DNA of 64,000 nucleotides from Candidatus Bathyarchaeia archaeon (GCA_049521795.1 JBEKOM010000002.1:160001-224000); one strand, 5' to 3'; positions 9,779 to 19,085 are shown, counted from the stretch's first letter. The notes: a model not told the origin generated them from the letters alone. Made by a program: numbers and translations.

Positions 9779-10337
9779 TTACCCTTGGCCGCTTCGAGCA
9801 TGCACACGTTCATGTTCTAGGATCGCGTATTGCAAAGAGTCTCGCCATTTTCCCCTTGCCCACATGTGCTCTCGCATACGACCTTCGCGCTTCATTCCAA
9901 TCTTCTCCAGAACGTGTGCAGACGCGGTTGTTTGCCGGGTCGCACGTGGCGAATATTCTGTGCAAGTTCAGCTTGTCAAACCCAAAATCGACGAGTGCGT
10001 TTGCCGTCTCAGTGGCGTACCCTTTTCCCCAGAAACAGCGATTGAGGCAATAACCGATCCATCCTTCCCTGTTGTCGAGGTTTGAAACACAGATCGAGCA
10101 GCTGCCGATGAGCTCGTTTTCGTTTCTCACGACTATTGCGAGCGTGTAGTTACGGCGGGGTCTCTCGTTTTGGCCTGCGAGCGCTCGCTGGATAAAGCCT
10201 TTCGTTTCTTCCTCTGTGTTGGGCCCCCAACTCATGTATCGAACGACCTCCGGGTCGGAAGCGTAGCGATGAACGGATTGCCAATCGGCTTCCATCAGAT
10301 CTCGCAACAACAACCGCTCAGTCCTAATAAATTCCAC
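9779..10337 (-). pseudogene. RimJ/RimL-type GNAT acetyltransferase with a 1-nt frameshift near 9930
   Basis: IRTERLLLR, IGYCL...WGKGYATE, TCDPAN; after one extra A the canonical tail TASAHVLEKIGMKREGRMREH...WRDSLQYAIL is in another frame, ending TAA at 9779-9781. Confidence 0.8.
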
Positions 10338-10651
10338 AGTTATGCCCCGCCAGAACTCATCTTTATGCGATTTAGGTCCAACATAAAAGGTTTGTACTAA
10401 AGACTGCGATGCGTACGAAGTTGCACGACGGCGGCTTCATGAACGGCACACAAAAGAGGACCTTCCCGCCTCATCTGCCCAACATGAAGCCCACGTTTCC
10501 GTGAAAGAAACTCGCTCTACTTTGGCTTCTGCCGAGCCTGAAGAATCAAGCTTTCGCTTTTGGAGCTCGTTGTTCTGGTCTTACCGCAAAGTATATCTCT
10601 GCTCAAATGTGATCAGAGCCTTCAAAATCCATCAGGAAAGGTTGAGAACTG

Positions 10652-11380
10652 ATGACTGTCAAGGCAGTGGTCTTCGATTTGGACGGCACGATTGCAAGCT
10701 TCAACTTAGACTACGTCACTGTTAGGGCAGACGTCAGGAGCTATCTCATCAGAATTGGGCTACCGGGCTCAATACTTTCGACTAACGAAAGCATATTTGA
10801 CATGCTGAAGATGACCGAGATTTTCCTGAAAAACAACGGCAAATCCGATAGGCTTGTGGGCAAAGTCAAGAACGACGCCTTGGCCATTGCTGAAAAATAC
10901 GAGCTGGAAGCCGCGAAAACCACCGGCCTGCTTTCAGGCGCTGTTGACACGCTGGAAGCCTTGAAGAAGATGGGCTTGAAAATCGGCCTGTGCACTATTA
11001 ACAGCGAGAAATCGACAAACCACATCCTGAAACGGTTTGGCATATCCAAATTCTTCGATGCGGTCACGCCTAGAAACAAGGTCAAGTACGTCAAACCTAG
11101 CCCCGAGCATTTGAAAGCCACTTTGAAAGCTTTGCATGTCAACCCAAAAGAAGCGATCCTGATTGGAGACGGAACCCGTGACATGCAGTGTGCAAGGGAA
11201 TTGAACGTCATCGCCGTAGGCTTGCCGACCGGCGTGTCGTCTGAAAAAGAGCTGATCGCTTCCGGAGCGAGCTACTTCATCGCTTCAATCAGGGATCTGC
11301 CGAGGCTAGTGGAAACGATAAACAAACCATCAAAGCCAAGAAGAAAGGTTACGTACAAAAATTCTGGAAGCGCGACCTAG
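10652..11380 (+). CDS. HAD-superfamily hydrolase (phosphoglycolate phosphatase-like)
   Basis: VVFDLDGTI, KP.P, IGDGTRD motifs. Confidence 0.88.
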   Translation: MTVKAVVFDLDGTIASFNLDYVTVRADVRSYLIRIGLPGSILSTNESIFDMLKMTEIFLKNNGKSDRLVGKVKNDALAIAEKYELEAAKTTGLLSGAVDTLEALKKMGLKIGLCTINSEKSTNHILKRFGISKFFDAVTPRNKVKYVKPSPEHLKATLKALHVNPKEAILIGDGTRDMQCARELNVIAVGLPTGVSSEKELIASGASYFIASIRDLPRLVETINKPSKPRRKVTYKNSGSAT

Positions 11381-11381
11381 A

Positions 11382-11501
11382 TTAGAAACTAGCTACTCCT
11401 TTTCTCTCACTGAAATCGTACCATTTCCAAATCTCATCGACTGTCCTTTCGGAATATCCGTTCCGCTTCAGCAAGGATCTTAAAGATGAGGGCGGCTTCA
11501 T
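11382..11501 (-). CDS. 39-aa small protein absent from the ORF track
   Basis: MKPPSSLRSLLKRNGYSERTVDEIWKWYDFSERKGVASF*; GGTGG SD-like element upstream; stop abuts the HAD stop. Confidence 0.5.
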   Translation of the reverse strand: MKPPSSLRSLLKRNGYSERTVDEIWKWYDFSERKGVASF

Positions 11502-11720
11502 TCGCTGGGCCACCAAGACAAGTTTGATATTCGTGTTCAAAGGAAATTAAACGTTCTGTATTCTGGATTCTGTTCCTGTAGACTTGTACAACACATATAC
11601 AGGAGCACTTGCGACGCTTTTGTCATCTGATTCTGTCTTCTTTCTGAGGTTCGAAGAACTTATTTAGCCTTATCAGCGCGCTGGGTTGTCCCTAAATTCG
11701 CAAAGAACACGACCCTCAAA

Positions 11721-11755
11721 GCATATACATTTTGCATATACACTTTGCATATACA
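11721..11755. repeat. Three GCATATACA direct repeats with 13-bp period
   Basis: gcatataca-tttt-gcatataca-cttt-gcatataca at 11721, 11734, 11747. Confidence 0.75.
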
Positions 11756-11869
11756 GTTCACGAGCATCATTGAAGACGGTGAGGCTGTTCAGGCTGGATG
11801 CGAACCTGTGCGGGCTGTTCAGGTGCGCACGCACAATGAAGGGACAAGGCAGCGCGCAATTTTCTGGGG

Positions 11870-12409
11870 CTAGATTGAGTGGAATTCTTCCTTGTACAGT
11901 TGATAGGCCGAAAGTATCAGTTTCTCTGCAGCCTTAGCGTCGCCCCATTCTTTGATCTTAACCCACTTCTTTGGTTCAAGCCGCTTGTAGTTCACGAAGA
12001 AGTCTGCGATTTCTGTCTTCAAGTGTTTTCCAACGCCGTCTATGTCCTGGATCTCCTCGAACCTCGGGTCGTTCACCGGCACTCCGAGGATCTTGTCATC
12101 CTGCCCGTTCTCATCTTCTGTGGTGAGGACACCTATGGGGCGGGCGGTGATCACGCAGCCCGTGAAGGTGGGCTTTGTGGTCAGGACAAGAATGTCCAGG
12201 GGTTCTCCGTCTAATGACCATGACCGTGGGATTATGCCGTAATCGCCTAGGTAGTAAAGGGCGGAATACAGCACTCGGTCAAGCTTAAAGAACCCAACTT
12301 CGCAGTCAAACTTGTACTTGTTCGTGCTTCCACTGGGCACTTCAACAACTGCGTAGACCTTGTGCGGAGGATCTGGACCGCAAGGAATGTCCCGCCATAA
12401 ATTGACCAT
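11870..12409 (-). CDS. ppa: Family I soluble inorganic pyrophosphatase, with substitutions at conserved sites
   Basis: VVEVP.GS.NKY, LDRVLY, GDYG, DGEPLD, DE.G.DDKIL, FF..YK.LE. Confidence 0.9.
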   Translation of the reverse strand: MVNLWRDIPCGPDPPHKVYAVVEVPSGSTNKYKFDCEVGFFKLDRVLYSALYYLGDYGIIPRSWSLDGEPLDILVLTTKPTFTGCVITARPIGVLTTEDENGQDDKILGVPVNDPRFEEIQDIDGVGKHLKTEIADFFVNYKRLEPKKWVKIKEWGDAKAAEKLILSAYQLYKEEFHSI

Positions 12410-12832
12410 TTCGACACCCTTCAGTTTCACTTAGCTATTTTCGGTTCACACATTTAAACGTAACATCAGCCGGAACCCAACGGGTTCTGACGAACACGAC
12501 CCTTTCGATCAGCACCTATCGGTTTTCGACATACTACCATTTTCGCAATTGCCTGCATGCATCAGTGTGGCTCTGAATGGTTGCATTGATGCGGCACGAT
12601 GAGCGACAACTTCCCAGAAAGAAGTTGTAACAACTGCTTGACGCATCGTGCTAAGCGCGCCCTAAGAGGGGGCCAAGAATCAGGTACGAGAACCGCGACA
12701 GTTGGGCTTGTCAGAAGTTTCTTTAGAACTGTCTGGCCTTTCTTCTTCTCTGTTCAAAAAACCTTTCCGGCGAGGATATTCTTATCTAGAACCATGCATT
12801 TTAGGAAACCACGCAATTGATTTCAAGAGTGG

Positions 12833-13036
12833 GTGAACGAGATATCCGTAAGAATGTCTGGCAGCTTGAGTGCAGTTACTCTCGCACTCATGGTTCTAGG
12901 CACGTATGTGCTTGTTTTCTCAAGCATTTCGTTGCTGTATAAGGCAGTCATTGTCGTTTACATTTTTGTTATGCTTTTCCTGTTAACATTAGCGTTGCAG
13001 AGCCTAGAGGCCATAGGAAAACCCAGCGCTGAATAG
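12833..13036 (+). CDS. Small two-TM membrane protein
   Basis: 67 aa with two hydrophobic stretches. Confidence 0.5.
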   Translation: MNEISVRMSGSLSAVTLALMVLGTYVLVFSSISLLYKAVIVVYIFVMLFLLTLALQSLEAIGKPSAE

Positions 13037-13169
13037 AAAAGCCGATCACAAAGGCCTTCACTGGCTGTGGAACTCTGGTTAGTGCATCATGCAGTCTTTT
13101 GAACCGTATTCCGTAGCTCAAGCGGTCTCAAGTCCAAGTGCAATCACAAGAAGGCGGCCCGCTGCTTAG

Positions 13170-13571
13170 TTATGCAGGTTTGAAATAGTATCTTGGCCAT
13201 TGAGGCCAAGGCTGCACAGCTACACAGGTTCCGAAGTCTACCGCCAGGTCCATTCCTACTTTTACTTGTTCCAGCGGTACGCTTCTGATCATCCCGGGAA
13301 GTTTCAGACCGTTTTCGAGTTGAACAATACCGATGGCGTACGGGGCCATTGATTGGAACTGCGCTGGAGCGATGTGGATGACCGTGTAGGTTAACAGTTT
13401 TCCCTTCGTCGGAATCTCGGTCCAGTCAAACTCTTTTGAGTAGCAATTGTCGCAGATCGGCCTGGGCGGGAGGTGCACCTTTGCACATTTTCTGCATTTT
13501 CCGCCTAGCAGCTTTCCCTGGTTGATGTTCCTGTAGAACTGTTCTATCGTAAAAGGTGCTTGTTCAACCAC
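13170..13571 (-). CDS. DUF35 (Zn-ribbon + OB-fold) thiolase partner
   Basis: KCRKC...PPR..C..C, GKLLTYTVIH, PYAIGIVQL; directly downstream of a thiolase. Confidence 0.92.
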   Translation of the reverse strand: MVEQAPFTIEQFYRNINQGKLLGGKCRKCAKVHLPPRPICDNCYSKEFDWTEIPTKGKLLTYTVIHIAPAQFQSMAPYAIGIVQLENGLKLPGMIRSVPLEQVKVGMDLAVDFGTCVAVQPWPQWPRYYFKPA

Positions 13572-13573
13572 TT

Positions 13574-14746
13574 CTATGTCCCCCTGTAAACGTGAACCGT
13601 GGCGGTCGCGCCTGAGCCGCCTACGTTGTGCGTGAGCCCTATCTCTGCATCCTGGACTTGGCGTTTGCCGGCGCGTCCTGTCAGCTGCAGGTATACTTCG
13701 TAGGCTTGGCCTGTTCCGGTTGCGCCAACGGGATGCCCTTTGGCCTTTAGACCTCCGCTGGTGTTGATGGGAATTCTTCCCCCGAGCCTTGTCTCGCCGC
13801 TCTCAACCAGTTTTCCGCCTTCACCTACCTTGCAAAACCCCAAGTCCTCGTAGGCTATTATTTCTGCTATGGTGAAACAGTCGTGGACTTCTGCGACGTC
13901 AACGTCTTCCGATTTCACCCCTGCCATTTCACATGCGTTCTTGGCGGCGACCTTTGCCGCTTCAAGTGAAGTCAGGCTCGCCCTCTCGTACAGGCCGATG
14001 GTGTCACTGGCTTGGCCGCTTCCAATGATCTGCACAGGGGTGTCCGTGTATTTCTTGGCCAGTTCAGGTTTGGTAAGAACTAGGCAGCTAGCACCGTCTG
14101 TGATGAGCGAACAATCATACAGTTTAAGTGGCCATGCGACCATGCGTGAGGCGAGAGCGGTCTCAAGCGTTATTTCCTTCTGCATGTGCGCCTTCGGGTT
14201 CAAACTTCCGTGATAGTGATTTTTGACTCCGACCATAGCTAACTGTCGCTCTGTCGTTCCATAAGCATGCATGTGAGCGGTGGCCATCAACGCGTACAGC
14301 CCTGGAAAAGTTATGCCGTGCCACTGCTCGAAGGGATAATCAGAAGCCATGGCAAGATACTCAGTCACTTCCGCCGTCGTCCTATGTGTCATTTTCTCGA
14401 CGCCGCCGACCATGACAACATCGCTCAAGCCTGAGCGCACTGCGCAAATCGCTACCCTGAGAGCTGCACCGGAAGAGGCACAGGCAGCCTCGGTTCTTGT
14501 GGCAGCAACGTGTCCAAGACCGATCCAGTCAGCGATTGTTGCACCCGTGTGACCCTGGTGCTCGTAGGACTCTCCCATATGACCAACAAACAAGGCTTGA
14601 ATGTCCTTCTTGGGGTCCAGCTTTGGACAGTTGTCAAAGGCTTCCTTCGCTGCCTCCGCAAAAATCTCTCTAGCGTACAAACCTTCGAGTTTTCCAAACT
14701 TCGACAAACCAGCAGAGACTATTGAGACAAGAGGTTCCCCTTTCAA
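13574..14746 (-). CDS. Archaeal/SCP2-type thiolase (acetyl-CoA acetyltransferase)
   Basis: RTEAACASS (catalytic Cys), GVEKM, DGA, EVHDCF, SGGLKAKGHPVGATG, HNVGG. Confidence 0.93.
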   Translation of the reverse strand: MKGEPLVSIVSAGLSKFGKLEGLYAREIFAEAAKEAFDNCPKLDPKKDIQALFVGHMGESYEHQGHTGATIADWIGLGHVAATRTEAACASSGAALRVAICAVRSGLSDVVMVGGVEKMTHRTTAEVTEYLAMASDYPFEQWHGITFPGLYALMATAHMHAYGTTERQLAMVGVKNHYHGSLNPKAHMQKEITLETALASRMVAWPLKLYDCSLITDGASCLVLTKPELAKKYTDTPVQIIGSGQASDTIGLYERASLTSLEAAKVAAKNACEMAGVKSEDVDVAEVHDCFTIAEIIAYEDLGFCKVGEGGKLVESGETRLGGRIPINTSGGLKAKGHPVGATGTGQAYEVYLQLTGRAGKRQVQDAEIGLTHNVGGSGATATVHVYRGT

Positions 14747-14900
14747 TTGAGTTTTCCCTCCGAAATGCCACTGCGCGGAGAAAATGAGTTACTGAATAAA
14801 CGACTATTTAAGTTTCGTTGGCTGGTCCTGCAGTTCACACGAAAGAAGAATGGCGGAGATTTTTGAAAAAGGGGTTAAGTTGAGTTTGGATCGGCTCTCA

Positions 14901-15587
14901 TTACTTTGGTCCGAACGTCTTCTTGACCCAGGCTCTTGTCTTTTCCATGTCTTCTCTGAATCGCTTCAGCTCCTCCGGACTTCTCTTCGGAGCAACTGGC
15001 TCCTCAGCTGGCGTTGCGTAAACGTCCAGCAGGTCGCCTTTGGGCTGCTTCGCGATGTTTATGTTGACCTTCAAGCCTATGTTGACTTTTTCCGGGTCAA
15101 CATCTCGCATGGTCATCGGGAGGCACGTGTTTGTTCCGTCGATTCTCACCATTGCTCCAACTAGGGGTTGCAGGTGTGCCATAGAAGGCCATGCAATGGC
15201 CATTATCGTGTGAGCGTGGATTTCCCCTTTCTTCGGAAGCTCAACCCATCTTGTTTCTTCCAGTCTGCATATGGGGTTGAAGCAATGTGCACGTGGGGGA
15301 CAATAGACGAGGCCGCACTTAGGACATTTGGTTCCGTAGAGTTTTCCTTCGAGCAAGCCTATGAAGAACTTCGACACTTTGCCGTAGCTATGGTGGAACA
15401 TGCTCCCATGCGGTCTGTGGACGATCAAGAACTTCTCAGGTTTCAAATCGTTGAGTGTGGGACCGTCGTTCATTTCCACAATTTTCCAGCCTTCAGGCCT
15501 CCAGCCGCCCTTGCGTTCCCACTCTTGCCACCATTTCTCGTCGTACGCTGATTGCTTCATCATCTTTTCTGGTCCAGGTTGCTTCAT
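14901..15587 (-). CDS. DUF35 (Zn-ribbon + OB-fold) protein with N- and C-terminal extensions
   Basis: HSYGKVSKFF.GL.EGKL.GTKCPKCG...PPR.HC....C, followed by an OB-fold. Confidence 0.88.
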   Translation of the reverse strand: MKQPGPEKMMKQSAYDEKWWQEWERKGGWRPEGWKIVEMNDGPTLNDLKPEKFLIVHRPHGSMFHHSYGKVSKFFIGLLEGKLYGTKCPKCGLVYCPPRAHCFNPICRLEETRWVELPKKGEIHAHTIMAIAWPSMAHLQPLVGAMVRIDGTNTCLPMTMRDVDPEKVNIGLKVNINIAKQPKGDLLDVYATPAEEPVAPKRSPEELKRFREDMEKTRAWVKKTFGPK

Positions 15588-15591
15588 TCTT

Positions 15592-16884
15592 CTACACCTC
15601 CAAGACCACGGCTCCTGCTTGACATCCCGTGCCTCCGTGTCCGTGAATGAACGCTTTCTTCGGCTTGCTGAACTGTCTGTTGGGTGCTCCCCACTTCTTA
15701 CCGATCTGGTTGCTCAGCTGCCAGTAACTGTCCACGACTTGGGCAATTGATGTTGAACCAACAGCGTGGCCCTGAGCGGTTAGGGCGCCGCTGAGTTGAC
15801 ATGGAAGCTCCCCTTGGGCCTGAATCACGCCGTCTCTAACCAGCTTCTTTCCTTCGCCCCGCTTGCAGAAGTCGAAGTCTTCAAGCCCTGCGAGAACGAC
15901 GCCTGCGTACGGGTCGAAGATTTCAACGAAGCTGATTTCTTTTCGCGGATTCTTGATTCCAGCGTCCTTGTAGGCCATTCTCGCGGACACTCTTAATGAG
16001 CCGAAATTCAACAGATCAGGGTACGGTGATAGCGGCTTAGGAATCTCTTTAGGCCACACCTTTTCATCCTGCGGGTACAAGCCCTTCCAAGCCGGGTTGT
16101 CCGGACGGTCTCCAGCCCTCATCGTGTCAGAGCCGAAGCCTACACCGCTTATCCAGACAGGGTTGTCGGTTAGCTTCTTTGTCATCGCTTCATTTGCCAA
16201 GAGCAAGGCTGAGGCGCCTTCACTTGTCATCGCACATTCATACGTCCTGTAAGGCCAACAGATCAATCGAGACTTGTACACGTCTTCGACGGTTATCCTG
16301 CCGAAGCCATGCTGAGCTGGCCACTGAGCATACGGATTTTCAAGCGAGTTGTTGTGGCACATAGCTGAAACTTCAGCCAAGTCTTCCTCTTTGTCTCCGT
16401 ACACGTGCATTCGACGGGCCTCCATCGTCGCATAGAAAGCGTTGTAGGTGAAACCTGAAACAAAGTCCCAGTCGGTGTCTCCAGCAATGGCTATGGCTTC
16501 GTTTACTTTCTGGATGGGCATCTCGTTCATTTTTTCCCATCCAACCACGAGGACAGCTGGGAACATGCCTGAACGTATCCACAGAGCTGCGTTCACTACT
16601 GCGTCGATCGGCGTTGCACCGCCTCCTTCAACACGGTACGAAGGCACTCCTGACAGGCCCAAGTAGTCGTTTATTATCCATTGCATGCACTGCTGCTGCT
16701 CCAGGATGTCGCTGAAATAGGAGTAGCAACAAGCGTAGCCTTTCCTGAGAAAGTCTCCAAGCTCAAGTTCTGGAACGTCATCAAGTATCATCTTGACGGC
16801 TTCAGCGCACATTTCTTCCTGCAAGGTGTGTCTGGGGTTGTCAAACCTTGAAATGCTTCCGGCGACTATTCCGACTTTCTTCAA
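15592..16884 (-). CDS. Thiolase-superfamily protein lacking the catalytic Cys
   Basis: Thiolase scaffold (GWEKM, NPYAQ, SEGASA, GHAVGST) but RVEGGGAT replaces RxEAACAS and EIFDPY replaces EVHDCF. Confidence 0.85.
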   Translation of the reverse strand: MKKVGIVAGSISRFDNPRHTLQEEMCAEAVKMILDDVPELELGDFLRKGYACCYSYFSDILEQQQCMQWIINDYLGLSGVPSYRVEGGGATPIDAVVNAALWIRSGMFPAVLVVGWEKMNEMPIQKVNEAIAIAGDTDWDFVSGFTYNAFYATMEARRMHVYGDKEEDLAEVSAMCHNNSLENPYAQWPAQHGFGRITVEDVYKSRLICWPYRTYECAMTSEGASALLLANEAMTKKLTDNPVWISGVGFGSDTMRAGDRPDNPAWKGLYPQDEKVWPKEIPKPLSPYPDLLNFGSLRVSARMAYKDAGIKNPRKEISFVEIFDPYAGVVLAGLEDFDFCKRGEGKKLVRDGVIQAQGELPCQLSGALTAQGHAVGSTSIAQVVDSYWQLSNQIGKKWGAPNRQFSKPKKAFIHGHGGTGCQAGAVVLEV

Positions 16885-17030
16885 CCTTCCACCTCAAGCT
16901 TAAAAGAGATAGTTAGTGGATTTCATCGACTATAAGATTTTTGCGGAGGCTCCAAGCACCAACTGACGTCAGTTGCGGATCGAAAGCCTTTGGACAATCC
17001 TTTTATAATTTTCACATCACCCTTACTGAC

Positions 17031-18143
17031 ATGCACGTACTACGACTGTCCCCAACATTGCCAGAACACGAGTACGCAACCGAAGAACTGATAGATACTT
17101 TTCCATGTAGCCTACCTGAAGGCGTCAGGCAGAACATTCTCAACTTGGGAGTTTCAAGGCGATCGTTCATTGAACGAGTGTCTATAGGTTCAAAATCGGA
17201 AAAAGTCCTCAGCGAAGCTGGTCTCGTTGACTTATGCGTTGATGCATGTAGAAGCGTAATCAAAAAGACTGGGATCCCCATCAAAAACATAGGCTACTTC
17301 GTTGCGGCTTATGATGTGAACCCGATCCTAAGCCCGGGTCTCAGCCAACTGTTGGTCAGGAAAATCGGTTTCGACCCGTTCATCAAGCATGTTAACGCTC
17401 AGGGAATCGCCAGCACAGCCTTTCCCAAAGCCTTGCAATTGGCAGAAGACCATCTGGCAACACATCGCAAAGATAACGTTTTGGTCTGCGTCTCCGGAGT
17501 CAGCTCATACTGGTTCCAGAACCAGGTACGTGGCATGAAAGGCGTCACAGAAATAAGCCGAATCAACGAGTTCAAAGACGACCGGAAACGGCAGATGGAA
17601 CTGCGGAAGTGGATTGCAACGATGGAGTATTTTCTTTTCGGAGATGGAGCAGCCGCTGCCATCGTATCAAATGAAGGGGAAGGCCTGACCGTTAAGAAGA
17701 CAGTTGAAGTGACAAACGTAGGAGAAGAAGACTATCTGGCAGGCTACGCTAGACTCGCAAGCTTGCCGGAACCTTTCAAATTCGGCTTCCACTCACACCT
17801 GGACAAGGAGATTCCAAGACTTGGAGTCAAGTACACAGGTGTGGCTCTGAAGAAACTGCTTGGAAAGAACGCTGAAAACACTATCAGGATCTCTAAAAAG
17901 TGGGCAGTTCACACAGGTAGCCAAAAGATACTTGACGCTTTGGCTGAGCACCACGGACTCGAACATGAGAAACTGGAGGAATCGCGTGAAGTACTCAGAA
18001 TGCACGGCAACCTATCTGGTGCAAGCTTGCCGTTCATCCTTGAAAGAATAGTCTCAACGCGTAAGCCTTCGAAAGGTGACATCGTTCTGATGCTAGGCTA
18101 CGGATGGGGATTCTCAGCCGCTGCCTCTCTGCTAGAAGCTTAA
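17031..18143 (+). CDS. Type III PKS (chalcone synthase)/FabH-like condensing enzyme, Cys replaced by Ser
   Basis: LFGDGAAA, WAVHTGS..IL, SREVLR.HGNLSGAS, LGYGWGFS; nucleophile position reads QGIASTA (AGC 17412-17414); TTTTATAA ~23 nt before the ATG suggests a leaderless transcript. Confidence 0.85.
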   Translation: MHVLRLSPTLPEHEYATEELIDTFPCSLPEGVRQNILNLGVSRRSFIERVSIGSKSEKVLSEAGLVDLCVDACRSVIKKTGIPIKNIGYFVAAYDVNPILSPGLSQLLVRKIGFDPFIKHVNAQGIASTAFPKALQLAEDHLATHRKDNVLVCVSGVSSYWFQNQVRGMKGVTEISRINEFKDDRKRQMELRKWIATMEYFLFGDGAAAAIVSNEGEGLTVKKTVEVTNVGEEDYLAGYARLASLPEPFKFGFHSHLDKEIPRLGVKYTGVALKKLLGKNAENTIRISKKWAVHTGSQKILDALAEHHGLEHEKLEESREVLRMHGNLSGASLPFILERIVSTRKPSKGDIVLMLGYGWGFSAAASLLEA

Positions 18144-18198
18144 GAACTGCCGATTCAGTATGCGCCGAAAGGGAGCTTCCGAACAGTGATCCCTTTGA

Positions 18199-18470
18199 TC
18201 ATCTCTTTTTGCCATGACCCTTCTCTTTCAAGCTTTTGCTACGACTGGCCTTGGCCACGATAGATTCAATAAACAATGTCTTAGCCTCTGTGTAGGCTTC
18301 ACGATTAAGCCTGTACTTTGCAGCCAATTCCTTCTTCAGCCTATGATACTCTCCGGCCGCCTGTGGATGCGCTCGCAAGAAGTCTCTGAAGAGCAAGTGG
18401 CGCCTCCAAAAATCGCTGTCGTACTCAACCATTAGTATATGACGAAACCTTAAGCCTTCGAAGAAATACG
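18199..18470 (-). pseudogene. GrpB/UPF0157 family gene, 3' fragment
   Basis: MVE..SDFWRRHLLFRDFLRAHP....EY..LKKELA.......AYTEAKT.FI is the C-terminal GrpB signature; no matching N-terminus is adjacent. Confidence 0.8.
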
Positions 18471-18857
18471 ACCCTGCCCAAAGCTTCTTTAGGCAAACAG
18501 AACCCAAACCATATCCCCCCCACCCATTTTAGGAACAAGGCTAGGAGATAAGGCTGGTATCCCTAGTCTTGCAGTAATAGGGTGGTATGACTTTAAGGGT
18601 TACGTGCAAGGATACTCGTTAATTGCTGTTATTGTCCGATAATCGGTCAAAAAACCTGATTAATGAAGGTCGAAAAAGCAACATCGTTTAGGGACTAAGT
18701 TTATAAGCTTCGAGCCTCAAGACTTACGATTTGAGGAAAGACTGATTAGACGCATGAACCGTGCTCCGTGCTCGCAAGAGCCTTGAGCCACGTTCTAGGG
18801 TCGAAAGGTCTTTCCGCTTTCTCTAAGTTTTCCGCTCGTAGTCCTCTCTGAGTCGTG

Positions 18858-19019
18858 CTATAGCCTTTTGGCTAAGAATGAAACAACAAACGCCAGAGCA
18901 AAAAAACTTCCTATGGCTTCAAAAAATATACATTGTAAAAGATTTGCCGTTTCAAAGCCTATGAAAGCTACTATCACACAAATAAGAAAGCACAGTCCAA
19001 CTATCTCGTACGCTTTCAT
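18858..19019 (-). CDS. 53-aa two-TM membrane protein absent from the ORF track
   Basis: MKAYEIVGLCFLICVIVAFIGFETANLLQCIFFEAIGSFFALAFVVSFLAKRL*; co-oriented with island genes. Confidence 0.45.
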   Translation of the reverse strand: MKAYEIVGLCFLICVIVAFIGFETANLLQCIFFEAIGSFFALAFVVSFLAKRL

Positions 19020-19085
19020 TAATTGTCATCTCTTTTTTCTCATATTCTTCTTTCAACTTGACTAAGGCTTTCTGTACGGCATGGC

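Noticed and set aside
11721-11755. Possible mini-CRISPR
   Set aside because: Units are 9 bp with 4-bp gaps, far below CRISPR dimensions; no array or cas gene was seen anywhere in the window.
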